This document shows positions 12,059 to 24,099 of a stretch of DNA of 37,696 bases, one piece after another; the stretch's first letter is position 1; each line of letters opens with the position of its first letter. A program made the translations under genes and the position numbers. Source of the stretch: Octopus bimaculoides (Eukaryota); assembly GCF_001194135.2 (NCBI RefSeq), contig NC_068983.1:82905925-82943620 (forward strand), read 5' to 3'. The notes beneath the pieces are model-generated. The model saw only the letters and a program-made list of their open reading frames with translations. It was not told the DNA's origin and did no database searches.

Positions 12059-13359
12059 ATTGGAGATATTATTAAAGAAGACTGTTTAAAAGAAAGAATG
12101 GGATTTACATCGAGACACGTTGACAACAACGATAACACAACACATTAATAAAATAGATAACGATAAATAACGATGAATCCAACAACAAAAGAAAGAACGA
12201 TTCCCAAAATGGAGCTAAACATATTGAGCGACTCGGAGTATCCTCCACTTTATATTGATTACCCTAACATAGCAGTTTTTGCCACTAGCGTACGGCCATA
12301 TGATTAGGGTTGGTCATTTAACTGTATCTATTTTGTAATTCACCCACAGTTTATTAAAGTGACTGGACGTCTGCACGTTCTTCTCTACTCTTATTTTCCT
12401 TTTTATCTGGGACATGAAAAAATTGAGGGAATAACCTGAAAGGAAAAGCCTCTGTCCTCTAACCTTTCGAAAACATTGACAATATTTGAAAGGAGTCATT
12501 AATGCTGTCCATTATGCTTCCTGCATGTCACCTATATAACCTGGCCGACAATGGTCACTAAAAAGGAGCAAATTTATGTATTGCAACAAAATTCTCCCAA
12601 GGAACTGGAGAAAATTTCGAATAGCAAAATTGTAAACCCAAAAGAGAAGTAAAAAGAAAAAGAAGGGTATACTAATAGCACATAAACCAACCCTAGTAAA
12701 CAACCATAATGGTATTTCCATACATTCGCTGGTGTGTCTATAAATATAAAGTTATTTCTGGTCTCGATAAAAAAAATATCTAGTCTAAACAGGGAATCAG
12801 AAACTAAAACGTTTGTAATAAATAAACAAGGCTTCTCCACCAGATATATTAAAATGAACAACGGCAGCTCCTACAAAGGATTTGGCAAGTGCCGCCTGTT
12901 TGGTGTATTTTCTGAAACAACGCACTATACTGTTTCAGGATATTCTGCAATAGCTCCAACAAAATAGTCTTGGAAATTCAATTACATAAAATGGATGATT
13001 TAAAAAATACGGAACTGAAGCATGCAGCTAGATCTCCAGAAAACGTAATTAAAACATTATTTTCCACGAGAAAAAGAAAATAGTGAATTAATTATCCGAA
13101 TACGAGGAGCAAAGGACAAACATTTGTTTAGAGATAAACTCAAATCTGGATTTACATCTACATAACTGTTGAATTAAGCTTGAATCTTTTTGTTTTCAAC
13201 TAACGGTCGGCATTTTTGTTAACTTTGAACATCTTCGTTAATCGTGGACATAATTCTTGCATTTTCCTAAGATGTAGTCATTTCGTCTTTTAAACAGAAA
13301 TTCTAGTTGTATTTCTCGAATCCCGAACGCTAATAGACCAACGAAACAGCAATAATAGC

Positions 13360-13780
13360 TGTTTCAAATTTTGGCGCACAGCCAGCAACTCTAGGGAAAG
13401 GAGATTATTCGATAAAACTGCCCTCAGTAATTTACTTGTACTTTCTTTGTCTTATTGACTTCGGACAGATATGAAGTCAGATCCTAGAGAAACGGAAGAA
13501 ATATCGCATCACGATCTTTTTTAACGCTCTACTCATTCTGTCAGTTCTCTGCCTTTAATAATAGATTCTAATGTAAGTATGAGGCCAGAAATTTTTGAAG
13601 AGAATGAGTTAGTCCATAACATCAAAACAGTACTTAGCTGGTTCTTTATTTTATCGACCCCGAAAAGATAAAATGCATACTTGAAGCTGGCGAAATTTGA
13701 ATTCAAAATGTAAAGCGATGTAAGAAATAATAGAAGTATTTCGTCTGACGCTCTTATGACTCTGCCAATCTACAGGCATG
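13360..13780 (-). mobile_element. Two tandem degenerate minus-strand SINE copies
   Basis: gtttcaaattttggcgcacagccagcaa... and ...ctggttctttattttatcgaccccgaaaagataaaatgc...gaaatttgaattcaaaatgtaaag. Confidence 0.7.
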
Positions 13781-13859
13781 TCAGAGACCGAAAGGAAGTT
13801 GATTTTATGTAATAGAATACAGTTAAAGTAATTGTGATTATATTATCAACAAGTCGCAC

Positions 13860-14760
13860 AGAGATTTAGCAAGACGGGACAGGAAAATGAGAAAAATAAT
13901 GACTATATGTCTATGCCACCCAGAATCTGATACTGAAATATTATATTTAACACGATTGCAACTAGAAAATTGCTATACAATATATTTTGCGATGAAATTA
14001 TTTGTATTAAAAAGCTAAAGGAAAACTAATACAAGTGGCAACAAAGCATAAGCGGGTGTCCCAGGACATCAAGGATGCATGTATACTGGTATGGACTAAG
14101 ATTGTGACACATTCGGATATTTCTGCAGAGTGATCAAGAGCAGCCGACTGGGATGCTAACATATTTAAGAAAGAGTCTGAGTGAAAAATAGAGAAACAAA
14201 AACAGGAATCAGATTTATAAAGACTGAAAATCGAACATCACAATTCTACTTGGCAAGTAATATCCATAATGGCTCACTTGACAAGACAGAACAAAGGAGA
14301 AGAGAATAAATAAAATGTTCTGCATTGGCTGAGATTGAAGGCTTTTTGATTTGAGGTACGAAAATGAATCCCCCCCCCCCCAGTAGGAAGTACCAAACTA
14401 TGTAACGAAACAGAATACAATCCGTAACAGCAGAACAAGTGGAGACTAGAAAGAAGTTGCCCAGTTTTAGCCAAAAGAGATGATAAAGAGGGAGACTAGT
14501 AAGAGGTATGGGATATTACACAGTTAAAAAGCATATGATAATAGAATATCAATACAAAAGCATTGCTTCAACATACATTTGAAAAGTTTTTAAGAAGTAA
14601 CCATACTCTGGGATATGTAAATTCAAGCAGAGATGTTAAGACTTATTGTCTGGGTATTGTAGTGGACGGCTGCCAAGGAAAAAGCTGTATCCCGATCGAT
14701 GTATCAGTCCCAACATACGATAATTTGACTATAAGAAAAGTAACTTTTCCACCATGAATA
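13860..14760 (+). mobile_element. Decayed R4/Dong-like (RLE) non-LTR retrotransposon, C-terminal ORF relic
   Basis: Ordered remnants: LARRDRKMRKIMTICLCHPESDTEILYLTR (cf. DRKTRK.MT....HPK.D..RLY..R); SCPVLAKR (CCHC finger end, cf. GCPVLA); KVTILWDM*IQ; GIVVDGCQGKSCIPIDVSVPTYDN (cf. the RPDIVV....C..IDV..P.D.N restriction-like endonuclease motif). Confidence 0.72.
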
Positions 14761-14974
14761 TCTTAAAGTAAATCTCTATAATAATAGGCGTTTTGGAAAG
14801 ATTTAAAAAATAAAAGAAAAACTATGCAGATACAATCAGACCCCATATATATAATATACAAGGCATCCAGATGGATATACGCACACATATACACAACATG
14901 CAAAAACAAAAAACACTAAAAATCATTCCACATATGGTATACTAAATACATATAATAGATGAAAGCAATACTTT

Positions 14975-15350
14975 CGGGTGTGCTTATCTGGTACTTATTT
15001 TATCAACCCCAAAAAGGAATAACAGCAAATTCGACTGTGACTGAATTTGAATACAATACGTAAAGAGTCAGAAAAAATACCGCAAGACAATTGTTTCAAC
15101 GTTTTAACGTCTTTGCCAATCCACCATCATTTTGAATATTGTTGCTAATTTGGACCCAAAGCCAGCAGTTTTGAACGGTGGGTTAAGTCGATACCACCGA
15201 TCCCAGTACTTCATTGGTACAATATTTTATCGATCATGGACAGATGAATGGCAAATTTGACCATGCAGTAATATGATCGCAGTACTTAGAGAGTCGAAAC
15301 AATTACCGCAAAGCGCTTTTCAACCTGTAACGATTCTGATAATTCGCCAT
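14975..15350 (-). mobile_element. Two tandem degenerate minus-strand SINE copies
   Basis: ctggtacttattttatcaaccccaaaaagg... and ...ttaagtcgataccaccgatcccagtacttcattggtac...taacgattctgataattcgcc. Confidence 0.72.
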
Positions 15351-15369
15351 CTTTGATTTCTATCAAACA

Positions 15370-15860
15370 AAATGTCAGTAATGTTGGGGACAGCTTAGAC
15401 CAGTGGTTCTCAACCTGGGTGCATATGGCCCCTGAGGTTCCATAAAGGATTCTTGGGGGGTCTACAATAGTTTTTTGAGTGCCTCTGGAAAAATTTTGCT
15501 TTAAGAAACAGTTTTCTTTCTCAAACATTTTACATAGTTCAACCTCCACAAGTTAGTGAAAAACAAAATAGGAATTTTGAAAAATGTTTCTACAAAACTA
15601 GTTTTGAAAATCTGAATGGCTATGTAGGTCCGCCAGAATAAAATAGTAATCAAAGGCGTCTATAATTTTTTTTTTTTTTAATGGTTGAGAACTCCTGGGT
15701 TAGACGATCAAATCAGCTTCAATACTTGACTGACACTTATTTATTGGCCTCGTGTGGATAAAAGACAAAACAACTTCGACAAGATTTGAACTCAGAATGT
15801 AAGATAACTGAATATTGACAAGCATGTTAGTCCTCCGATTGACCGATTCTGGCAACCAGT
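15370..15860 (-). mobile_element. Minus-strand SINE copy split by the hAT MITE at 15401-15697
   Basis: Removing the MITE and one TSD rejoins ...ggggacagcttagac|gatcaaatcagcttcaatacttgactgacacttattt..., matching the family core ggggattagtcgattacatcgaccccagtacttgactggtacttattt. Confidence 0.65.
15401..15697. mobile_element. hAT-superfamily (Charlie-like) MITE, 297 bp
   Basis: TIRs cagtggttctcaacc (15401-15415) and ggttgagaactcctg (15683-15697; reverse complement caggagttctcaacc). The 8-bp TSD is gcttagac / ggttagac (7 of 8 match). No coding capacity. Confidence 0.87.
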
Positions 15861-16018
15861 TGCATATGTAGCAGACCATATATTTCTATGGCCCTTAATC
15901 GATTGAATCGATACTGACTGGTATTTTATTAATCACTGAAGGGTGGAAAGGCATATAATATATCAGCTATCACTTTTACATCAATAGTAATACTCTTAAT
16001 GATTTAAATAAGTCCAAA

Positions 16019-16232
16019 GGCGGCGAGCTGGCAGAAACGTTAGCACGCCGGGCGAAATGCTTACCGGTATTTCGTCTGTCATTACGTTCTCAGTTCAAAT
16101 TCCGCCGATGTCGACTTTGCTTTTAATCCTTTCGGGTCAATAAATTAAGTACCAGTTGCATAATGGGCCGATCTAATTGACTGGAACCCTCCCTAAAAGT
16201 TTCGGCCCTTGTTCCTAGAGTAGAAAAGAATA
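16019..16232 (+). mobile_element. Well-preserved full-length copy of the dominant tRNA-derived SINE
   Basis: ggcggcgagctggcagaaacgttagc (A-box-like), cagttcaaattcc (B-box-like) and central gtcgactttgcttttaatcctttcgggtcaataaattaagtaccag, which from memory resembles the MetaSINE core domain. It retains many CpGs, so it appears young. Confidence 0.9.
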
Positions 16233-18399
16233 ATCTAGATACGTTTTATATTTCTCCATAAAGAAAAAAGAAAAAAACAAAAGATTTTCTTTAATCTCAC
16301 CTGCAAAGAATGAGTGTCTGCAGTATTGTAGGACTGAAGTGAGTAACTATCCAAAAGCAGAGTTGACACATTTTGTTATTCAAAATGGACTATAGAAATA
16401 AATAGAGAGAACTTTATGTGTGTAAAATACTAGAGTAACTTTACTACAATCTAACAGAATGTTTCAAAACAGATTTGGCATCAATCTCTTGACAGGCAAA
16501 TACATTAGAGAAATTACTTTTCTATTAAATAACAATAAAAAATATTATATTTCCTTGTGTCACCGGGACCATGCTATTGAGATTAATCTGATACATACAC
16601 CACTCGTTTCCCCATTCCACCCTTTCTCCTTTTCTTTCTTTCTGGTTTTCTAACATGGCAAAGTAGTTTCCATGACTATATATGTATTAAATAGCATTAT
16701 AGTAACTTTATTACCAACAGGACCAGCCACTTGTGAAAAATCAACAAAATCAGGTTATGTTATATTATTGTTATTTATATTTCTCTGTCTCTGAGGACCG
16801 ATGCAGGTGATATCAATCTTGTTTTCAGTTCCAGTAAACGAGCCCTTTAACCAAAGCAAACTAACAGAAAAAAATATGATTGACCATTCTTTCATAGGAA
16901 GGTAGTGAGACTACTTCCTCGATAGAAGTTTTTTTTAAATAAACCCAAAACATGCACTGTTTTCTTATCTCCATCTCTAATTCGATATATTTCTCCCTCA
17001 TTTTCTTCAGCAAATTTTCCCAGCTATTACTTACAGAGACCGTTCACATGCAAAATACAAGCTGACTGATACAAGCAATAACTTAGTTGTTTCTTCAAAC
17101 AATACAGTACAGAACTAGAACACATAACCTTATTAATATTTTCAATATTTCTCCTTTCATTTGGATCTGTTCTGGTTTATGGGAAAACGACGTAAATAAG
17201 TCCCAGCTGCATAAATGATATATTCTCGCATCTACAGGCGTACAACCCTTACCTGTAAATATGTAAATATGGAGTTGTAAAACAAAATTTGCATAAATCA
17301 TCCCTTTCATTATTATCACGTGGCCTTTGCTATTCGCCGGGATAAGGAATATATTTGTTTGAGCAAACCCAATCTATGGCAAATGTTCTGCCCAAAGAGT
17401 TTAATGATAATCATGAAATCGAACATCCACAAGTAATTTGGTTTTGTTTGACGTAAGAATCTTCGAACGATGAATATTTCCTGCTTGTCATTCAATTCCG
17501 TCTCTCGGGTCATAATCTTTATGCCAGTTTAATTACACTGTGTAACTCGATTTGTGTCTTTGGTACCAACTGTTATTTCCTATTTGCCTGACCCTGAGAA
17601 GTATGAAAAATGGCTAATATTTCTTTCAAACTTAATTTTTTAAAAATATTTATTCAAACTCCAAAGAATCTCTCTCAACACAAGACTATAATGCTCCCCA
17701 CTACTCCTGCTCATGATCTGAGATGCACATATTGTCAACCTCTAAGAGACATGCTCAAAAGCTTAAGGTCAAGCAAGTGATAATAAAATCTTTGCTATTG
17801 AGAAGAATATTTGCTATAACGAAATTTCTGCTTCAGCAACTCAGCGCTGAATCCGTCAGAAATATGATGGAGAATAGGTCAATTTCAAAACATTGATGTC
17901 CAGGCCATAAAAGCAAAGTTTGAAGAGAATAGTAATCATTTTCTTGCTGACTAAAGACAAAAAGAAATTCGAATTTTGTTATAGAGTGTTATTCACCGCC
18001 TGTGCTGTTAAAACTTGTTCGTTCATTCCAATTCCAGTGAACTCCGATATTCATTAGAACTATTTTAAATTTCTCCCATGCTTTCTTTTGTACATTGAAT
18101 TCTATCCTGTTGACAGTTTTGTTTCCCTTTTCGCGAATCTCCTGAGTGGGGATTTGCCTACATGAACCTATAAAACATTCAAAAGGATTGTATAACCTCC
18201 ACAAACGAACCAAAGGAAGAGATTCTATGCGGTCACTTGATCAGCTGAAAGAAGCAACCAGATATATCTTGTGCCAAACACTACCATGGAAATGTACATT
18301 AGATCATACCGTCCTAAAAGAATATAATCTAAAAACAAAAAAAAAACGGGATTATCCTAGCTTGAACGCATTTGAAAATATGTCAGCACAAACAGGACT

Positions 18400-18715
18400 G
18401 ACGTGAAACAAAGCAATTACTGCAACCTTCGCAAACATATTTATAATAAGGATATAGTCAACTAGTTTCATTAAACGCATTTATAACACAAACAGAAGCC
18501 GCTTCGTGGTTTCTTGTCTCCCCAGAAATAGCAACCAAAATCTGTTCCTATCATTCTCTACTTTCTAAAAAAAAGCGCAGAACGTAATATGATATAATGT
18601 TAGGTTTCATAATATAGTTTTACGTTCACAGCACCAAAAATGCCAGACGGTTTAGTCATTGCTGATACGGTCATAGATATACTGGTCAGGGTGTACCTGG
18701 GGTTAAATAACAACA
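18400..18715 (+). mobile_element. Highly degenerate SINE-like repeat
   Basis: ccagaaatagcaaccaaaatct...gtcatagatatactggtcagggtgtacctggggttaaataacaac resembles a cephalopod SINE tail from memory. A reverse relic appears at ~430-520. Confidence 0.4.
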
Positions 18716-18997
18716 TTATAAGTGTTTGTTTGTGTATGTACCACACCCACAACACCGCACACCTATGTTCTTAATGAACAAACAGATGAAACCTACACAT
18801 TTTTATTAACGAAAACGAATGCTTGGAATTACAATTTTTGATGAATTTTCCTTGAAAATCGCAGATACAGCATAAGCAAAATTGCATTCCAATGTCTGAC
18901 TTTCCCTTTTTAGAGCCAGGAAATGCTTCAGTTTTAGCAAATGCTGACATTCTACAAAGTATAAATAGTATTTTTGTCTATGTTCGTGTGTGTGCGG

Positions 18998-19051
<54 letters not shown>

Positions 19052-19494
19052 TTGGACATGTACACGTTAGCATAAGTGTGTGTTCGTATGTATGTGTGTC
19101 ATGAATGTATGTGTGTGTGCATGTAGAAGAAAACATTCTTCTTCATATTGAATCAGGCCTACCAAACTGCCTTTACTGTACGTTTCATTGTATACTTCTT
19201 GGTTTATATGCTTGAAAAAGATTGCACAATCTTTGGTATAGATGGGATTTCTCAGTATCATATTGGCAAAACTACAAGGCCTGATGTAAATTTGGAACAA
19301 CGTCTTGTAATTTCAGAAGAACGAAAATCGTCTACAAACACTCTAACATCTCTACTAATCTACTACCCGAATGCTGAGAAAATTACTGTCCGAAATTTGT
19401 TGAGTAGATCAAATTTCGCTGTGTTGTCGCTTGTTCTAAGTTTCCGCTGCAATGGGAAAATGTTTGGGAGTGAATAACCTATACTTTATAAAAT

Positions 19495-21680
19495 ATAATG
19501 GCTCAAGTGTCAGTACATACAAAATTTGAGGAGAAAGCGCATTGTTTTGTTAACTGTCTATTTCACTCTAACCATTGAGTAGATGTCGCTGTACATCACA
19601 GCGATTCACAGTGAAAGACGGGACCGAAACCGGTTGCTGTGAGGACAGTTCTTAAGTATTGGTGGCGACCGTGTCGAAAAGTTTCGATTGATGTAAATTG
19701 ATCAAAGTCCCACTGTGTCAGGTTCCTAATCCAACATCTCGCTATGATGTATTGCGTGAACTGGATGTTGGCCTGGAAAGATCTGGGATGATACGTGTTT
19801 GTGCACTATCGGTCAGACTATCGACGACAAATACCAATGTTTTAACTAAATTTTCAACGTAATACACTTTGCGTCCTGTCACATCAGTACCAGCTCTCCT
19901 CAAGCCAAAGAACTGGGAATTCTCATGTTTGCAATCAGCTGACATTGATATCTGGCAAGTTGCATCCAAACATCCCGAGCATATAAAAGTACGACAGACC
20001 ATCTAAAATCGCTGATGTGCCCCCATGCAACCAATTACCGCTTTCTGTATCTCCGAGGTTGTTGTCGGTATTTCGGCTCTTTTGAGGAGAGTCGGGGGTA
20101 GACCTTTGGGATACGCAATTAAATCTGTCCTGCATTTGGGCCCGCCATTCATTCCGAATAGTCAAGAAAAGTGCTACTGTAAAGCTATACACACCTGCTT
20201 GGAGTCGAGTAGTATGCGCTCATTGCGGTCTACCAAAGACTTAAATGTGGTTTCGTTTCTACATTGCAATTCCGTCACCTAGCGAAAGGTTTTCGTCCTC
20301 TCATGTCATTGGGCACGAGCCTTAACTCTGACAACACAGCCTTCGCGCTTCACATTCTCAAGTGAACGAGCATACGTTTTTGGCCACCGCTCTTGTCAAC
20401 GCCCTATCACTAATTTTTGTCTTCGTAGCCGACTATTTTAAGCTGTGCATATCCTATACTATCTGTATCTCGTGACCTGCAGAATATTCTATTTAAATAT
20501 GATATAGAAGATACGATAAGGTTTGCACATCTTTACATTTACGCCTTCGGAAAATCCACTCGGTACCTGTCAGACAACGAGAAATCTCTAAACAATTTTG
20601 TGAGACTTTTGCACTCCTTTCTACTATCATCTAGCCCCTCTCGAGCGTCTCAATCACCCACTAACACTAAAGAGAAGGTTGTCCATAGGAAGTCTTTCAG
20701 ATGTCCAAATAAATCTGGTTTAGTGACCCGTGTCACTGCTGCTCACGTAAAGAACCAGCAACTGACCGTCTGGGTTAAGGAATATTGTTTGTATCGTCGG
20801 ATCCAGGCCTTATCGAAACAATACAGCCACTGTATCTCCCATTCCTGGCTGAAAATGAGTGTGAATGCTTGTGATTCAGAGGTTCATGTCTCGTGATAGC
20901 ACCACATCCTTCTCAAGTAACCGGATGTGGTTGAGTCGGTGGCCCTGCCTCCATTGTCGCTACAGGTCTCGTGCATTTATATTACTTATTCAAAGTAAGA
21001 CCTTTTGACAGCAAAATGAAAGCGAGAAAAGACCATTTACCTTAATCCTTTGGAGAGACAGGTACTCCATTCCTCCGGCTGGCTTTGGGTATCTTCACAA
21101 GCAATTCTATATATAGTCTTCTGCTTGTATTTCCTGTAAATTTTCCTACTCTTATGGGGTATTTATTTTTAAAGTTATATGTGTTTTGTGATGTTTCGAT
21201 GATATTCATGTATGTTTGAATGGGTGTTGTATTTGCTGTGGTTACTTGTGTTTAAGTTATTGTGTTGACTGTAATGAAGGCTTTCTTTGATCTCTCATTT
21301 TCTGTTATTTTTGGAGGTAGAACGCTTTGAGATAAGTGTTTCCACAGTTGTAGCAAGGAGACCTACTTTCCACTACTACCTGCAATTGCTGACATCATGG
21401 AATATGTATTAGGGATTTTGTCTAACGTCTCAACTTTTACCTGAATTAAAATCTCCAACCTTATCCAAACCCAATCGTCTTTTCAGAATATTTTCATTTT
21501 TCGCAGCGTATAGTCTTCCAAAAAACACACATTTCGCTGCTTACGAGAAATATTGTTTTTGTTTAGGATTTTTATTCAGATCACTCTGCATCTCAGATAA
21601 ATCGGTACCAGTGTGAAATCTTTAGTTCCTTGTATGACAATGGAGTGGTTCTGCATTAGTGTCTCGGACAACAAAATGAC
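19495..21680 (-). mobile_element. Decayed L1/Tx1-clade LINE: ORF1 (zinc knuckle) + ORF2 (APE endonuclease, linker, RT N-half); 3' half missing
   Basis: Ordered minus-strand remnants. ORF1: QVVVESRSPCYNCGNTYLKA (~21320-21390). EN: RQWRQGHRLNHIRLLE, AVLFR*GLD..TIFLNPDGQLLVL, LVLVGD*DA, LSDRYRVDFP, SYLNRIFCR. Linker: EGCVVRVKAR, HFS*LFG. RT: LDGLSYFY, RIPSSLA*G, LVFVVDSLTDSAQT, LINLHQSKLFDTV, HQYLRTVLTATGFGP, LSPQILYVLTLEPL. Many stops and frameshifts. Confidence 0.85.
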
Positions 21681-24063
21681 TCAGATAAATCCAAACTTAT
21701 AGACCTGTCACACAAAATAGATATTTCATTATAAGTTCCTTAAACAAAATTAAGTTTGAACTGAAGGTATACGCTCTAATTTGCGCTTTTTCGGTAATAG
21801 ACATTTATACAAATTTTTTTCCCTCCTGTTTCATCGACAAGATGTTGCGTTATATTCAGCATGACTTACCTCGGTTCAATTCTGTCGATGTGTTTCTCCA
21901 CCTCTTCGACATATTTATGCTTAGTATATTATGAGATAAGAACAAAAGCATTTGTGATCTAAGAAAAAGACATTTTTGGGGCACTTTCACTGCTGTTACT
22001 ATTGTTGAAGCTGTCGGTAATTATTATCATTGCTACTGCCATTATTGCTCTTTTGTTGGTGTGGCAATGGCATTATTTCTGCTGCTCCAGTTGGCAATGC
22101 AAGTCACGATGCTGATAGGATAATTTTGCAAGATTCTTTGATTGACATGAAATTGTTCTTGTTGCTGCTATTCTGGTTGATGTTGTTGTTATAGTTGTTA
22201 ATGCTATTATTGTTACCGCTGTTGTTACTGATATTACTTTACGTTTGTAGTATTGTACGGTAGAAGGTGACTGCAAAAGAAAATTTCACCTTCAAAACCA
22301 CCCCTCAGTTTTTCTTTCTTTCTCCTCACTTGGCAAAGACGACGCCATTCACACAGTTTTTCTGATACTTCAAAACTTTATTTTTCCTTTTAATTTTGCC
22401 TTGTTGAGTGAGTAACAAACACTGTTGATAAGCCCCTTATGGTTCTGGTCAACTAATAAACAAGTTAGAAAAATAAAATCAACAAAAACAGGCTTCAAAA
22501 GCGGAAAGCAAGGCACAAACTGACGGAGTTTCCAAGAAGCGTTCAACAACAACAACAGCAACAATAATAACAACATTAAAGCAATTGGTTCACTTCAGCA
22601 GAACTTGAACTTTGAGAATAGTAAAATGAAATTATATACTGTAGGACATTTAGTCTCTCGTTCCATCGGTACGGTCCATCTTTTCGCCGAGCTTAGTTAT
22701 TTTCGCTGGGATAATAAAAAACAACGAAAATTCCATAAATCTGTCTACGTTATTTATTATGCTGATCTAATCGGAACTGATTAGATCAGAAATGAAATCC
22801 ACCAACCTCAACAACTGTGACACTACAAAAACCATTCATGCGACAAAAGAAAAGAGATCTCAATGAAATTAAAGAAAAACAAAAAATAACGAATAAAAAT
22901 GGAAGCTTGATCCTACTTACTGTATGTTTAAATTCTAATTAAAAGACCAGAAAAAGAATCGGAGAACCTCTCTCATTGTTTTCTTTTTTCCCCGTTTTGT
23001 TTTGTCCTTTTTTTTTATTTTGTATACTTATTTTTTATTTGGTAACGTGGTGGTCCAATTCTTCGGATGCCCCACTTTTTACTTTATTTTATGTATTTTT
23101 CTTAATTTTATTGCTTTTGGCTTTTTCACCGCAGTTGGTTTTATCAAATGATAGTTAAAACTGAAAGAAATTAAGTAACAAGACTTTATTAATCCCAGCA
23201 AAAAAAAACAAAAAAAAAACAAATAATAATAATGACACCGCATAGAGCCCTAAAAGAATAATTACCCCTAGGAAAAAAAACTTCTCTTATCAACCTTTCT
23301 CTTTCTCATGAAAAAAGGGACTTGCGTATTTCATTTCTTTATTTATTGTGTTTTATTTATATATTTATTTCGTTATATATCTAATTATGTAGTTATTTAT
23401 GTGTGGTTGTGTATTTTACCATTACCATACCTCTCTTTAAATTCTGGGAGTCAGGAACGAATATTTTTCTCCAGAGGGATATCGGAGTGGCGGTATCATA
23501 TTGCATATTCAGATTATAGTATAAGGAATAAATTAAGCACTTTGTTTATATAACAATTGACTTTGTATTTATAGTCGTTCTCTGAACGTTGCTGTTGATG
23601 TTGTTATAATGCTTCTTTTGCTACTGCTGCTGCTGCTGATGTTATTTTGGTTTACTGGATACCACCCTTAATCAAATTTGTTAAACTAACAAAAACGCGA
23701 GAAGGATGCTGGTGGGTCAAAGCATTAACTCCACCCCCAACTTCTAAGTAGCAGTCAGTAATGACATTATCAATAACAATAGCGACATAAGTTACAACAA
23801 TAACAATAAGAAGAACAACAGTAACAACAAAAAGGGATAACTTTCCTTACACTGAGTAATGAAATAAATGGAAGGAAAGGTACGACAATACCACCATCAC
23901 CACCACCACCACCGCTACCACCATCACTATATTAATAGCCACTTATCTGAACTTCATTCTACTACCCACCTGCTCTCTCTCTCTCTCTTTCTCTCCCTCT
24001 CCCTCTCATAATACATGCAGGCAGACAGACATACATATATATGTATATATACATACATATGCA

Positions 24064-24097
<34 letters not shown>

Positions 24098-24099
24098 TG

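Noticed and set aside
12500-12970. Several 70-95 aa ORFs in unique AT-rich sequence
   Set aside because: No motif I can recognise in any frame, and the lengths are within chance expectation.
9590-15860. Regularly recurring ~45-bp core that superficially resembles a CRISPR repeat-spacer array
   Set aside because: Copies are ~200-bp diverged SINEs with irregular spacing in eukaryotic DNA, and there are no cas genes.
19742-20002. LVFVVDS resembling the Arf GTPase motif, and a Gypsy-integrase-like reading of the same region
   Set aside because: The flanking motifs in order fit L1/Tx1 ORF2 far better, and there are no GTPase G-boxes or integrase core.
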